Shown here piece by piece: positions 1 through 7,477 of a DNA stretch of 45,376 nt. The notes below the pieces were generated by a model. The model was given only the letters and a program-made list of their open reading frames with translations. It did not search any database and was not told the DNA's origin. Within the stretch, counting starts at the first letter, position 1. Each line of letters opens with the position of its first letter. The stretch spans positions 1 to 45,376 of the forward strand of contig JANMSC010000095.1 in the NCBI GenBank assembly GCA_031388885.1. Reading direction: 5' to 3'. The translations under genes were made by a program, and so were the position numbers. The stretch comes from Gemmatimonadales bacterium (GTDB taxonomy: Bacteria; Gemmatimonadota; Gemmatimonadetes; Gemmatimonadales; GWC2-71-9).

Positions 1-1064
1 CGCGGCAGGAACTCGAGCGCCACGCCGCAGATGACACGCTGTCGCCAGTGGCACGCGCGGCGATGGCGATGGCGCGCCGACTCGACAAGATGCAGGACCG
101 GATCCTCCACGTACGCCTTGCGCCACTCGCCGAGGTGTTCGAGCGGATCCCCCCGATCGTGCGGGACCTTGCGCGGCAGCTTGGCAAAGAGGTCACGGTG
201 GAGATCGTCGGCGACGATCTCGAAGTCGACCGCGCGATTCTCGATCAATTGCCCGAACCGCTGATTCACCTGTTGCGCAATGCGGTCGACCATGGGATCG
301 AATCGCCCGACGATCGGCGCGCCCGGGGCAAGCGTCCCGCCGGAACGATCCGTGTCACGGCTCGACGTGATCGCGACGCGGTAGTGCTGGAACTCGTTGA
401 TGACGGCAACGGCATCGACCGCGAGCGGGTCGCGGACAAGGCGCGTTCGCTCGGACTGCTCGACGATGGCGTGGCGCTGAGCGACGACGGGCTCCTCGCG
501 ATCCTCGCCAAGCCGGGATTCAGCACGGCGACGCAGGTGACCGGCGTCTCCGGTCGCGGTGTCGGACTCGACGCCGTCGTCGTAAGGCTGCAAGGCGTCG
601 GCGCGTCGATCGCGATTACGACGGTTCCGGGCCGGGGCACGGTGTTCTCCATCCGGCTTCCCACCCGACTCGGCATCGTCCGCGCACTGGTGACCGGTAT
701 TGGTGAGGAGCGCTATGTCATGCCCCTCACGCATGTCACGGAACTGGTGCCGTTCGAGGACACGGCGGTGCGGGACGAGGAAGGACGCAGCCTGCTTGAT
801 GTGCAGGGCGAACGCGTGCCGGTGGTCGACATGCGCCGCTTGCTCAGCTTCCGGGGTCCACCGCCGCCCACCCGTCGACCGGCCGTGGTCTTCGAGGCGA
901 ATGGTCAGCGGATTGCGCTGCTCGCCGACGCGGTGCACGGCCAGGTCGATGCCGTCGTTCAGTCGCTGGAACGGCCCCGCGGTATGCCCCGGTGGATTAC
1001 CGGCGCGACGGTGCTGGACGACGGTACGCCGGCGTTGTTGCTGGACCTGGCGAGTGTGGTGTGA
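1..1064 (+). CDS. cheA: Chemotaxis histidine kinase CheA, C-terminal part (5' end lies outside the window; codon phase begins at nt 3)
   Basis: The frame is open from the window edge. The translation has HATPase boxes (HLLRNAVDHGIE, DDGNGID, GVSGRGVGLD) followed by a CheW-like domain (ERYVMPLTHVTELVPF ... ALLLDL). Confidence 0.9.
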   Translation, partial: RQELERHAADDTLSPVARAAMAMARRLDKMQDRILHVRLAPLAEVFERIPPIVRDLARQLGKEVTVEIVGDDLEVDRAILDQLPEPLIHLLRNAVDHGIESPDDRRARGKRPAGTIRVTARRDRDAVVLELVDDGNGIDRERVADKARSLGLLDDGVALSDDGLLAILAKPGFSTATQVTGVSGRGVGLDAVVVRLQGVGASIAITTVPGRGTVFSIRLPTRLGIVRALVTGIGEERYVMPLTHVTELVPFEDTAVRDEEGRSLLDVQGERVPVVDMRRLLSFRGPPPPTRRPAVVFEANGQRIALLADAVHGQVDAVVQSLERPRGMPRWITGATVLDDGTPALLLDLASVV

Positions 1065-1169
1065 CGCAAGAACAACAGGTCGATGGCCGAGAAGCGAGAT
1101 GTCCTACTCCGTATGCCGATTGCCCCACGGCCCACGGCTTGTACCAATCTTGACGAACACGGAGACACA

Positions 1170-1787
1170 ATGACACCCAACGACCTCGAAACCCTGCGGC
1201 GCGACGGCTTGCGTGAAGTGGCCTCGATCGGCGCCGGACACGCGGCGACGGCGCTGTCGCAGCTCACCAACCGCCGGATCATGATTTCGGTGCCGCAGGT
1301 TCGGCGAGTCGCATACGCCGACCTGCCGCAGATGCTGTCGACGTATGGTGATCACGTCGCGGTCGTGTCGATGCGGATGCTCGGTGACCTCACGGGTCGA
1401 TCGCTGCTGGTGTTTGGCGAAGACGACGCGACGCGCCTCTGCGACCTGATCCTGCGCCGCCCGATCGGCCCGCCTCGCGCACTCGGCGAGCTCGAGCGGT
1501 CGGGCCTCAAGGAGGTCGGCAACATCGTCTGTTCCGCGTACCTCACGGCGCTCAGCAACTTCATGGGCATGATGCTGCTCCCCTCGGTGCCAGCGCTCAC
1601 GATCGGGTCGATGCCGCAGGCCATTGCCAGTACCGTCGATCCCAACGAGGCCCAAACCGACCTGGTCTTTTGTGTGGACACGGCCTTCCGTGCCGACGGC
1701 GCCGAGATCCCGCTGACCGGGGCGTTTCTGCTGATGCCCGATCAGGCGTCGATCAAGGCGATCCTCGAGGCGATCCGGCTCGACTGA
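1170..1787 (+). CDS. cheC: CheC-family CheY-P phosphatase
   Basis: Two CheC-type repeats are present (DGLREVASIGAGHAATALSQL and SGLKEVGNIVCSAYLTALSNF...P). I prefer the ATG at 1170, which follows GGAGA, over the ORF-track start at 1083, but the start is not certain. Confidence 0.8.
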   Translation: MTPNDLETLRRDGLREVASIGAGHAATALSQLTNRRIMISVPQVRRVAYADLPQMLSTYGDHVAVVSMRMLGDLTGRSLLVFGEDDATRLCDLILRRPIGPPRALGELERSGLKEVGNIVCSAYLTALSNFMGMMLLPSVPALTIGSMPQAIASTVDPNEAQTDLVFCVDTAFRADGAEIPLTGAFLLMPDQASIKAILEAIRLD

Positions 1788-1788
1788 C

Positions 1789-2391
1789 ATGCCGGCGCCC
1801 CGCGCGCGGGACGCCGTCGTCGTCGCCGCCCTGCTCCGTCGCATCGGCGTCGACGATCCGGTGGCGTTGACCAATGCCGCGTGGTTCTCGGCGCGGCGGG
1901 GACTCACCGCTGCCGCACTCACGTGCGCCCAGCGTGCCGCATCGCTACCCGACGCGCCACGCGCCGCGCACCGCACCCTCCGCCAACTCCTCGCCGGCCG
2001 TGAGGCCGCGCTGCTGCTCTCGCTGCCCCTCGCGATGCATGATGCCGCCGACACCGCGGAGCGTGGGCCGGCGCTGGTCGCGACCGCCGTTGCACCGGAG
2101 GCAGTGCCGCTCACCGACGACGAGATGCTCGCGCTCGGGCGCACGCTCCTTGAGACGGGTCATCTTGCCGAATCGCTCGGGATGTTCGATGCGGTCCTGC
2201 GTCATCGTGGCACCGATCCAGTCGCGCTGTTCCATCGCGGAGTCGTGCTCGCGAAGCTGCGACGCTATGACGATGCACTCTCCGATTGGGGTGCGGTCGA
2301 GCGCGCCGATCCGGATGGTGTGCTTGGCACGCTGAGCCGCCGTCACGCCGCGTCGGCGAAGCAACTCGCCGAACTCTTCGCCACCCGATGA
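1789..2391 (+). CDS. Hypothetical protein with C-terminal TPR-like helical repeats
   Basis: The ATG lies 1 nt after the cheC stop. The C-terminal half (LETGHLAESLGMFDAVL...HRGVVLAKLRRYDDALSDW) looks TPR-like. The N-terminal half is low-complexity Ala/Arg. Confidence 0.55.
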   Translation: MPAPRARDAVVVAALLRRIGVDDPVALTNAAWFSARRGLTAAALTCAQRAASLPDAPRAAHRTLRQLLAGREAALLLSLPLAMHDAADTAERGPALVATAVAPEAVPLTDDEMLALGRTLLETGHLAESLGMFDAVLRHRGTDPVALFHRGVVLAKLRRYDDALSDWGAVERADPDGVLGTLSRRHAASAKQLAELFATR

Positions 2392-2401
2392 TCGGGCAGC
2401 C

Positions 2402-3319
2402 ATGCACGGCCCGCTGAGCGAGATCGGGCTCGCCGACGTGCTCCAGTTGCTCGAGCGTGGCAAGCGCACGGGGGTGTTGCGCGTGGTCGGACCCGATCCA
2501 ACGACACCGCGCACGCTGTACCTGCAAGCTGGCCGCATCGTCGCCCTTGATCCCGACGCGAGCGACGCGGCGCTCGCAGCCGCGCTCGCCATCCGGGCAC
2601 TCGCGTCCCTCGACCCCGCCACCCCGGAGGATGGGCCCAACGCGGTACCCCATGACGTGCGTGAGGGATTGCGTCGCCGTCTCGCGACTCGGACGCTCGC
2701 CGGGATGCTGCACTGGGTGCGAGGGCGCTTCGATTTTGAGGCGCATCCGGTGGGTGCTGGACCGCTATCCTTGTCGCCCGACGGTATCGTGTTCGATGTG
2801 GTTGATGCCGAAGGGCGCCGCAACGAGCTGGCAGCGGCCACCAACGACTTCCACGCCATCGCGGGGTTCGCGCCGCCCGACATCGTCGCCAGTGGTCCCG
2901 CACCATCACTGGGCGTGCTCGACTGGCGCATCCTCGATCTCGTCGATGGAGCACGCGACATCGCGTCCCTCGCCGCGACGCTCGGTGAGCCGGCTGAAGA
3001 CGTTGCGGATCGCGTCCGCGCACTTATGACCGCGGCTATACTTGTGCTGCAACCACCGTTGGCTGAAGCGGCGCGACTCGCGATCGATGCCGGTCGGTAC
3101 GACGAAGCGATCGCGCTACTCCGCTCTCGGGTGGCGACCGTACCGGACGAGAGCGCTGCCTGGCGTGCACTCGGGCTCGCCGAGGTTGGCGCCGGGCGGT
3201 TCGACCGCGCGGTCGATGCCTGGATGGCGTGGCGCAACGTGGCGCCCGCCAATCGCGACGAAGCCGATACCCTGATCCACGCCGCACGCACCATGCTCGA
3301 GGCCTTGCGAGAGCCGTGA
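2402..3319 (+). CDS. DUF4388/PATAN-like N-terminal domain protein with C-terminal TPR
   Basis: The N-terminus MHGPLSEIGLADVLQLLERGKRTGVLRV matches the DUF4388 signature (G.L....l.dvlQll...k.tG.L). The C-terminus has TPR-like repeats (GRYDEAIALL..., AWRALGLAEVGAGRFDRAVDAW). Confidence 0.75.
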   Translation: MHGPLSEIGLADVLQLLERGKRTGVLRVVGPDPTTPRTLYLQAGRIVALDPDASDAALAAALAIRALASLDPATPEDGPNAVPHDVREGLRRRLATRTLAGMLHWVRGRFDFEAHPVGAGPLSLSPDGIVFDVVDAEGRRNELAAATNDFHAIAGFAPPDIVASGPAPSLGVLDWRILDLVDGARDIASLAATLGEPAEDVADRVRALMTAAILVLQPPLAEAARLAIDAGRYDEAIALLRSRVATVPDESAAWRALGLAEVGAGRFDRAVDAWMAWRNVAPANRDEADTLIHAARTMLEALREP

Positions 3320-4065
3320 ACGAGTTCGCCCCGTTTCCGACGTCCGGCCCGCGAGGCCACGCGTTCCTCGAGTTGGGGGAGCGCCTGCGTCGGCGTGGCC
3401 AGCTTGATGCGGCCGCCACGGTCGCCAGCGCGGGACTGTCACACTATCCCGCCCTCGCCGACGCCCACGACTTGCTCGGGCGGATCCGCGCCGACCTGGA
3501 TGACGACGACGCCGCCACCGCGGCGTGGCAGTCGGCACTCGAGTGTGATCCCGGGCACGCGGGTGCCCGCAAGGGACTCGCGTTTCTCGCGTTTCGGCGC
3601 CGCGACTTCGCCGCGGCCGAGCGCCAGCTCGAGGCCGCCGCGTCGCAGGCCCCGCACGATGTCACGCTGCTCGCCGCCCTCGATCGCGTGCGCGTTGCGC
3701 GTCCCGCCAGTGAAGAATCGCTTCGCCTCGACGATCCGTCGAGCGGCCTCGTGCTGTTCGATGCAGAGGGGATGCGCCTGATCGGTGGCATCAGCCTGAC
3801 CGCTGGCGATGCCACGGCAGATGCCGTTGCAGCGGAAGGCGCCGGCTTCGTCCGGGATGCTGCTCGGGCCGCGCGGTTGCTTGACCTCGGGGCGTGGCGT
3901 CAACTTGTGGTCGAGGCGCCCGATGCGCGAATCGCATTGCTGCCGGTCGGCCGGGATGCCTCGCTGCTTGTGTGGCGGCCGGCAACAACCCCACTCGGCC
4001 GACTGGTCGCGACGGCAACTCGCGCCGGCGCTGCGGCTCGCGAGTGGCTCGAGAGGATGGCATGA
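3316..4065 (+). CDS. TPR - Roadblock/LC7 fusion protein
   Basis: The GTG at 3316 overlaps the upstream stop (GTGA). The N-terminal half has TPR repeats (AHDLLGRIRADLDDDDAATAAWQSALECDP, ARKGLAFLAFRRRDFAAAERQL). The C-terminal half (LVLFDAEGMRLIGGIS...ARIALLPVGRDASLLV) has the Roadblock/LC7 (MglB-like) pattern. The ORF-track start at 3229 would overlap the upstream gene by 91 nt. Confidence 0.7.
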   Translation: MNEFAPFPTSGPRGHAFLELGERLRRRGQLDAAATVASAGLSHYPALADAHDLLGRIRADLDDDDAATAAWQSALECDPGHAGARKGLAFLAFRRRDFAAAERQLEAAASQAPHDVTLLAALDRVRVARPASEESLRLDDPSSGLVLFDAEGMRLIGGISLTAGDATADAVAAEGAGFVRDAARAARLLDLGAWRQLVVEAPDARIALLPVGRDASLLVWRPATTPLGRLVATATRAGAAAREWLERMA

Positions 4066-4415
4066 GCGCCGATCCGTGGCGTCGCATCCTCGATGAAGTC
4101 ACCGGCGTGGCCGGCGTGCGCGGCGCGCTCATTGTGTCGAGCGAGGACGGACTCGTCGTCGCCGAAGCCGCGATGGCGTCACTCGAGACGGCAGACGTGG
4201 CCGCGCTCGCGGCTGGGCTGGCAAGCCGCGCCGGGCGTGTGGCGCGCGTCGCCGGAGCAAGTGCCCCGACGTCGGTCCGACTCACCGCCGAGCGCGGCAG
4301 TGTGATTGCGGTGGCTGGTGACGCGCAACTCTGGCTGGTCGCGATTACTGATCCGTCTGCCGAGCTGGGTCGGTTGCGTATCCTCCTCGGCGATCTCGCC
4401 GCGACCCTCGGCTGA
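4062..4415 (+). CDS. Roadblock/LC7 (MglB-like) domain protein
   Basis: ATGA start/stop overlap with the upstream gene. The translation MSADPWRRILDEVTGVAGVRGALIVSSEDGLVVAEA...SVIAVAGDAQLWLVAITD is a typical single-domain Roadblock protein. Confidence 0.8.
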   Translation: MSADPWRRILDEVTGVAGVRGALIVSSEDGLVVAEAAMASLETADVAALAAGLASRAGRVARVAGASAPTSVRLTAERGSVIAVAGDAQLWLVAITDPSAELGRLRILLGDLAATLG

Positions 4416-4882
4416 TGCGCGTCCTCGAGCCGTGGCTGGCGGACCCCCTCGCCGAACTGCTGCGGGAATCGTCGGCGCGGCTCGCGCTGGTGATGACGTC
4501 GTCGGGGCAGGTCATCGCTCAGCACGGATTCACGCGATCGCTTGACGTGATGGCGGCCGCTGCGCTGGGTGCCGGCATCCTCGCCACCACCGGCGAGCTC
4601 GCCCGTGTGGTCGGCTCAGGTCGGGGATTCGGCGCGGTGGTGCACCAGGGATCGGCACAGGGCGTCTGGCTCGCCGGGTTCGACACGCCGCGGGGTCGCT
4701 GGATCGGCCTTGTCGTGTTCGGACGCGAGTCGTCGGTCGGCCTCGTGCGCATGTTCTTCGAGCGATTTGCCGACACGGTGACATTGGTCGCTCCGCCGGT
4801 GACCGCGGTGCGCGAGGTGCTCGCGGAGGGGTTCGAACGCGAACTCGACGCATCCCTCCGCGCCCTGTTCGGGCGGTCCTGA
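4415..4882 (+). CDS. Second stand-alone Roadblock/LC7-like protein (divergent)
   Basis: TGATG overlap with the upstream gene. The translation LALVMTSSGQVIAQHGF...GAVVHQGSAQGVWLAGF...WIGLVVFG fits the Roadblock fold pattern. A longer C-terminal tail is present. Confidence 0.65.
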   Translation: MRVLEPWLADPLAELLRESSARLALVMTSSGQVIAQHGFTRSLDVMAAAALGAGILATTGELARVVGSGRGFGAVVHQGSAQGVWLAGFDTPRGRWIGLVVFGRESSVGLVRMFFERFADTVTLVAPPVTAVREVLAEGFERELDASLRALFGRS

Positions 4883-4884
4883 CG

Positions 4885-5502
4885 ATGGCACGACTCGCAG
4901 CCGACGGGATGTCGCTGACGGTCACGCTCGTGATCTTCGGCCCATCGCGCTCGGGCAAAAGTTCGCTGTTGCGCGGCGTACACGATCGACTCGGCGACGG
5001 GCCCGGTACGGCCCGCATGGCCGACGCGACACCGTTCAGTCCACTCGACTGGCTGGCGATCGATCTCGGCGTCATCGGTGGCCGTAACGCGACCGTCCAC
5101 CTGTATGCGGTGCCGGGCCTCGCGGCGTACGACAGCACCCGTCGATTGTTGCTCAGCCAAGCGGACGGTGTCGTCTTCCTGGCCGATTCGCAGGGCAGCC
5201 GACTCGAGGCGAACCTTGATGCGCTGCGGCAGTTGCAGGATCACGTGCTCGCGCGCGAGGGCGACATGCGCGAACTCCCGATAGTGTTCCTCTACACCAA
5301 GCAGGATCTTCCCAGTGATCTGGTGCTACCACTCGCCGCGCTCGACGAAGCGCTGAACTTTCGCAACGCGCCAAGTTTTACGGGCGATGCACTGCGAGGC
5401 ACCGGCGTGCGCGACGCGTTGCAGGCCGCACTCACCCTGGTGCTTCGTCGCCTCGCGGTGACCACCGAACCCGCCGATGTCGCCGGGTTCGGGGCCGGGT
5501 GA
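4885..5502 (+). CDS. mglA: MglA-family Ras-like small GTPase
   Basis: P-loop GPSRSGKS. HLYAVPGLAAYDSTRRLLLSQADGVVFLADSQ aligns with M. xanthus MglA [32 protein letters not shown] (MglA sequence recalled from memory). The G4 motif is TKQD. The start lies 2 nt after the upstream stop; an alternative ATG is at 4909. Confidence 0.85.
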   Translation: MARLAADGMSLTVTLVIFGPSRSGKSSLLRGVHDRLGDGPGTARMADATPFSPLDWLAIDLGVIGGRNATVHLYAVPGLAAYDSTRRLLLSQADGVVFLADSQGSRLEANLDALRQLQDHVLAREGDMRELPIVFLYTKQDLPSDLVLPLAALDEALNFRNAPSFTGDALRGTGVRDALQAALTLVLRRLAVTTEPADVAGFGAG

Positions 5503-5509
5503 GGCCGTC

Positions 5510-7477
5510 ATGCTGAATCCGCACGCGCGGTTCGCATCGTTCGTCGTCGGATCGTCGAACCGACTTGCAGCCACAGCCGCCAAGGCGGTCGCCGAGGCGC
5601 CAGGAGCGGCGTATAACCCGTTGTTCATCTACGCCACGCCAGGCCTCGGCAAGACCCACCTGCTGATGGCGATCGGCCACGAGGCGCAGGCGATCGATCC
5701 GGCGCGTACCGTGGAGTACGTCACGGTGGATGACTTTGTCGAGGCGTATCACGCGGCCCTCGCGGCGGGGCAAGCCGAGGCCTACCGGCGCCGATTCACG
5801 GAGGCCAGCCTTGTCCTGCTCGACGATGCGCAGTTGCTCTCCGATCGGCGTGAGCTGCAATCGGAGTTGCTCCGCCTGATCGACGTGTTGACCGCGGCGG
5901 ATCGACAGATTGTGCTCGCCGGCGACCGTCCGCCCGAGGAAATCCAGTCGCTCGATGAACGCTTGATTCGCCGCTTCGCGGGTGGACTGGTGATTGACAT
6001 TGGTGCACCAGACTACGAGACCCGTCTCGCGATTCTCTCGCGACGCGCCAAGGATCGGCATGCATCGTTTTCGCCGGAGGTGTTGTCGACCGTTGCGGAA
6101 TCGCCGATTGCCACGGTGCGTGAGCTGGTTGGTGCGTTCAACCGACTCGTGGCACAGCAAGCGGTACAGGCCGAACCGCTCACCGCCGGTGAGGCGCGCG
6201 CGCTGCTCGAGGCGCTGGGGCATCGCCGCGACAAGGGCGACGGTCCAGGCATGATCGTTGGTCGTGACACGGTGCGGTCGACCGACGGGTACCAGCCCGT
6301 GGAGCGCGACGAGTTTTCCGATTTTCTCACCGACCTCTCCACCACCGTTGGTCAACAAGTCGACCGCTGGCGTCAACGCGTGACCGAATCGTCGTTGCGC
6401 CATGCGGCGGCGGGATTTCGCACCGCGCGCCTCGATGCGTTGCTCGCGACCGACATGGCTGGTGATCCGGAGGATGCGCTGGCGGCGTTCGAAGCCGACG
6501 TCGCCTCGCTGCGGGCGCTGCAACTGGAACTGGAGCACGTCGCGCCGTCGCTGACGAGCGACGCCGCGTTGCACGATCCGGACCGAGTCGGCGACGCCGA
6601 AGCCCTGGTGGCAGAGGCTCGCGAGGCGGGCGAACCGTTACCGGGTCCGTCCCCCAGGAGCACGCTCGATGCGTTCGCCACCGGTCCCTCGACGCGATCC
6701 GTGGTTGAAGCGATTCGTGCGGCGGCTTCGTCACCCGGCCACCGCTACAATCCGCTGGTGATCGTTGGTCGGCCTGGCACAGGCAAGTCTCATCTGCTGC
6801 ATGCGTTCGGCCACGCCCTCAAGGCAGCCGGCCTGGCCCGCGTCGCGGTACTTGATGCATCCCAGTTCGTTGACGGGTTGGTCGGCTCCCTCGGCGAGGG
6901 GACCGTGGCCACATGGCGCCAGCGCTTGCGGCGTCTCGACGCGCTCCTGATTGACGACGTCCATGTGCTTGGGGGCAAGGAGCGCAGCCAGGAAGAGCTC
7001 TACCTCGTGTACAACCTGTTGCTCGAATCGGGACGCCAGATGGCGTTCACCGCCGTGTCTGCACCGGCACAGCTCACGGGGTTCGAGCAGCGCCTTGCCA
7101 CGCGTCTCGCGGGGGGGTTGGTGATCGAACTGGGGCCACCCGACCGCGAGGCAAAAGTGATCGAGGTGGCGCGCCTGCTCGGCGCGGCAGCCGCGGAAGA
7201 CGATCTCGTGGAGTACCTCGCGTCACGGCCCGCGTCGTCGGTGCGTGAAACCCAGCAACTGGTCCAGCGCGTGATCGTGGCAGCGGATGCGCGTCAGGCC
7301 ACGCTCTCGCTGGCACTGGTCCGGACCATCATCGAGGGTGACCCGGCCGAAACGCCCCGCGTCCCGCGGCGCGGCAGCGGCTTGCTCGCACCAGCAAGCG
7401 GTGCGATTCGCTCGCGCGAGAAAATGGTGGAGACGTGGCCCGATATGGCTGAGCGGCTGCTCGAGGAGTGGCGCTGA
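5510..7477 (+). CDS. Tandem DnaA/Hda-like AAA+ ATPase (two complete DnaA domain-III modules, no domain IV)
   Basis: Module 1 has Walker A PGLGKT (nt 5639-5656), Walker B LVLLDDAQ, sensor I VLAGDRPP, box VII ERLIRRFAGGLVIDIGAPDYETRLAIL and sensor II VRELVGAFNRL. Module 2 has Walker A GRPGTGKS (nt 6767-6790), Walker B ALLIDDVH, FTAVSAP, QRLATRLAGGLVIELGPPDREAKVIE and VRETQQLVQRV. I prefer the ATG at 5510, which follows GGTGAGG, over the ORF-track start at 5477. Confidence 0.85.
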   Translation: MLNPHARFASFVVGSSNRLAATAAKAVAEAPGAAYNPLFIYATPGLGKTHLLMAIGHEAQAIDPARTVEYVTVDDFVEAYHAALAAGQAEAYRRRFTEASLVLLDDAQLLSDRRELQSELLRLIDVLTAADRQIVLAGDRPPEEIQSLDERLIRRFAGGLVIDIGAPDYETRLAILSRRAKDRHASFSPEVLSTVAESPIATVRELVGAFNRLVAQQAVQAEPLTAGEARALLEALGHRRDKGDGPGMIVGRDTVRSTDGYQPVERDEFSDFLTDLSTTVGQQVDRWRQRVTESSLRHAAAGFRTARLDALLATDMAGDPEDALAAFEADVASLRALQLELEHVAPSLTSDAALHDPDRVGDAEALVAEAREAGEPLPGPSPRSTLDAFATGPSTRSVVEAIRAAASSPGHRYNPLVIVGRPGTGKSHLLHAFGHALKAAGLARVAVLDASQFVDGLVGSLGEGTVATWRQRLRRLDALLIDDVHVLGGKERSQEELYLVYNLLLESGRQMAFTAVSAPAQLTGFEQRLATRLAGGLVIELGPPDREAKVIEVARLLGAAAAEDDLVEYLASRPASSVRETQQLVQRVIVAADARQATLSLALVRTIIEGDPAETPRVPRRGSGLLAPASGAIRSREKMVETWPDMAERLLEEWR

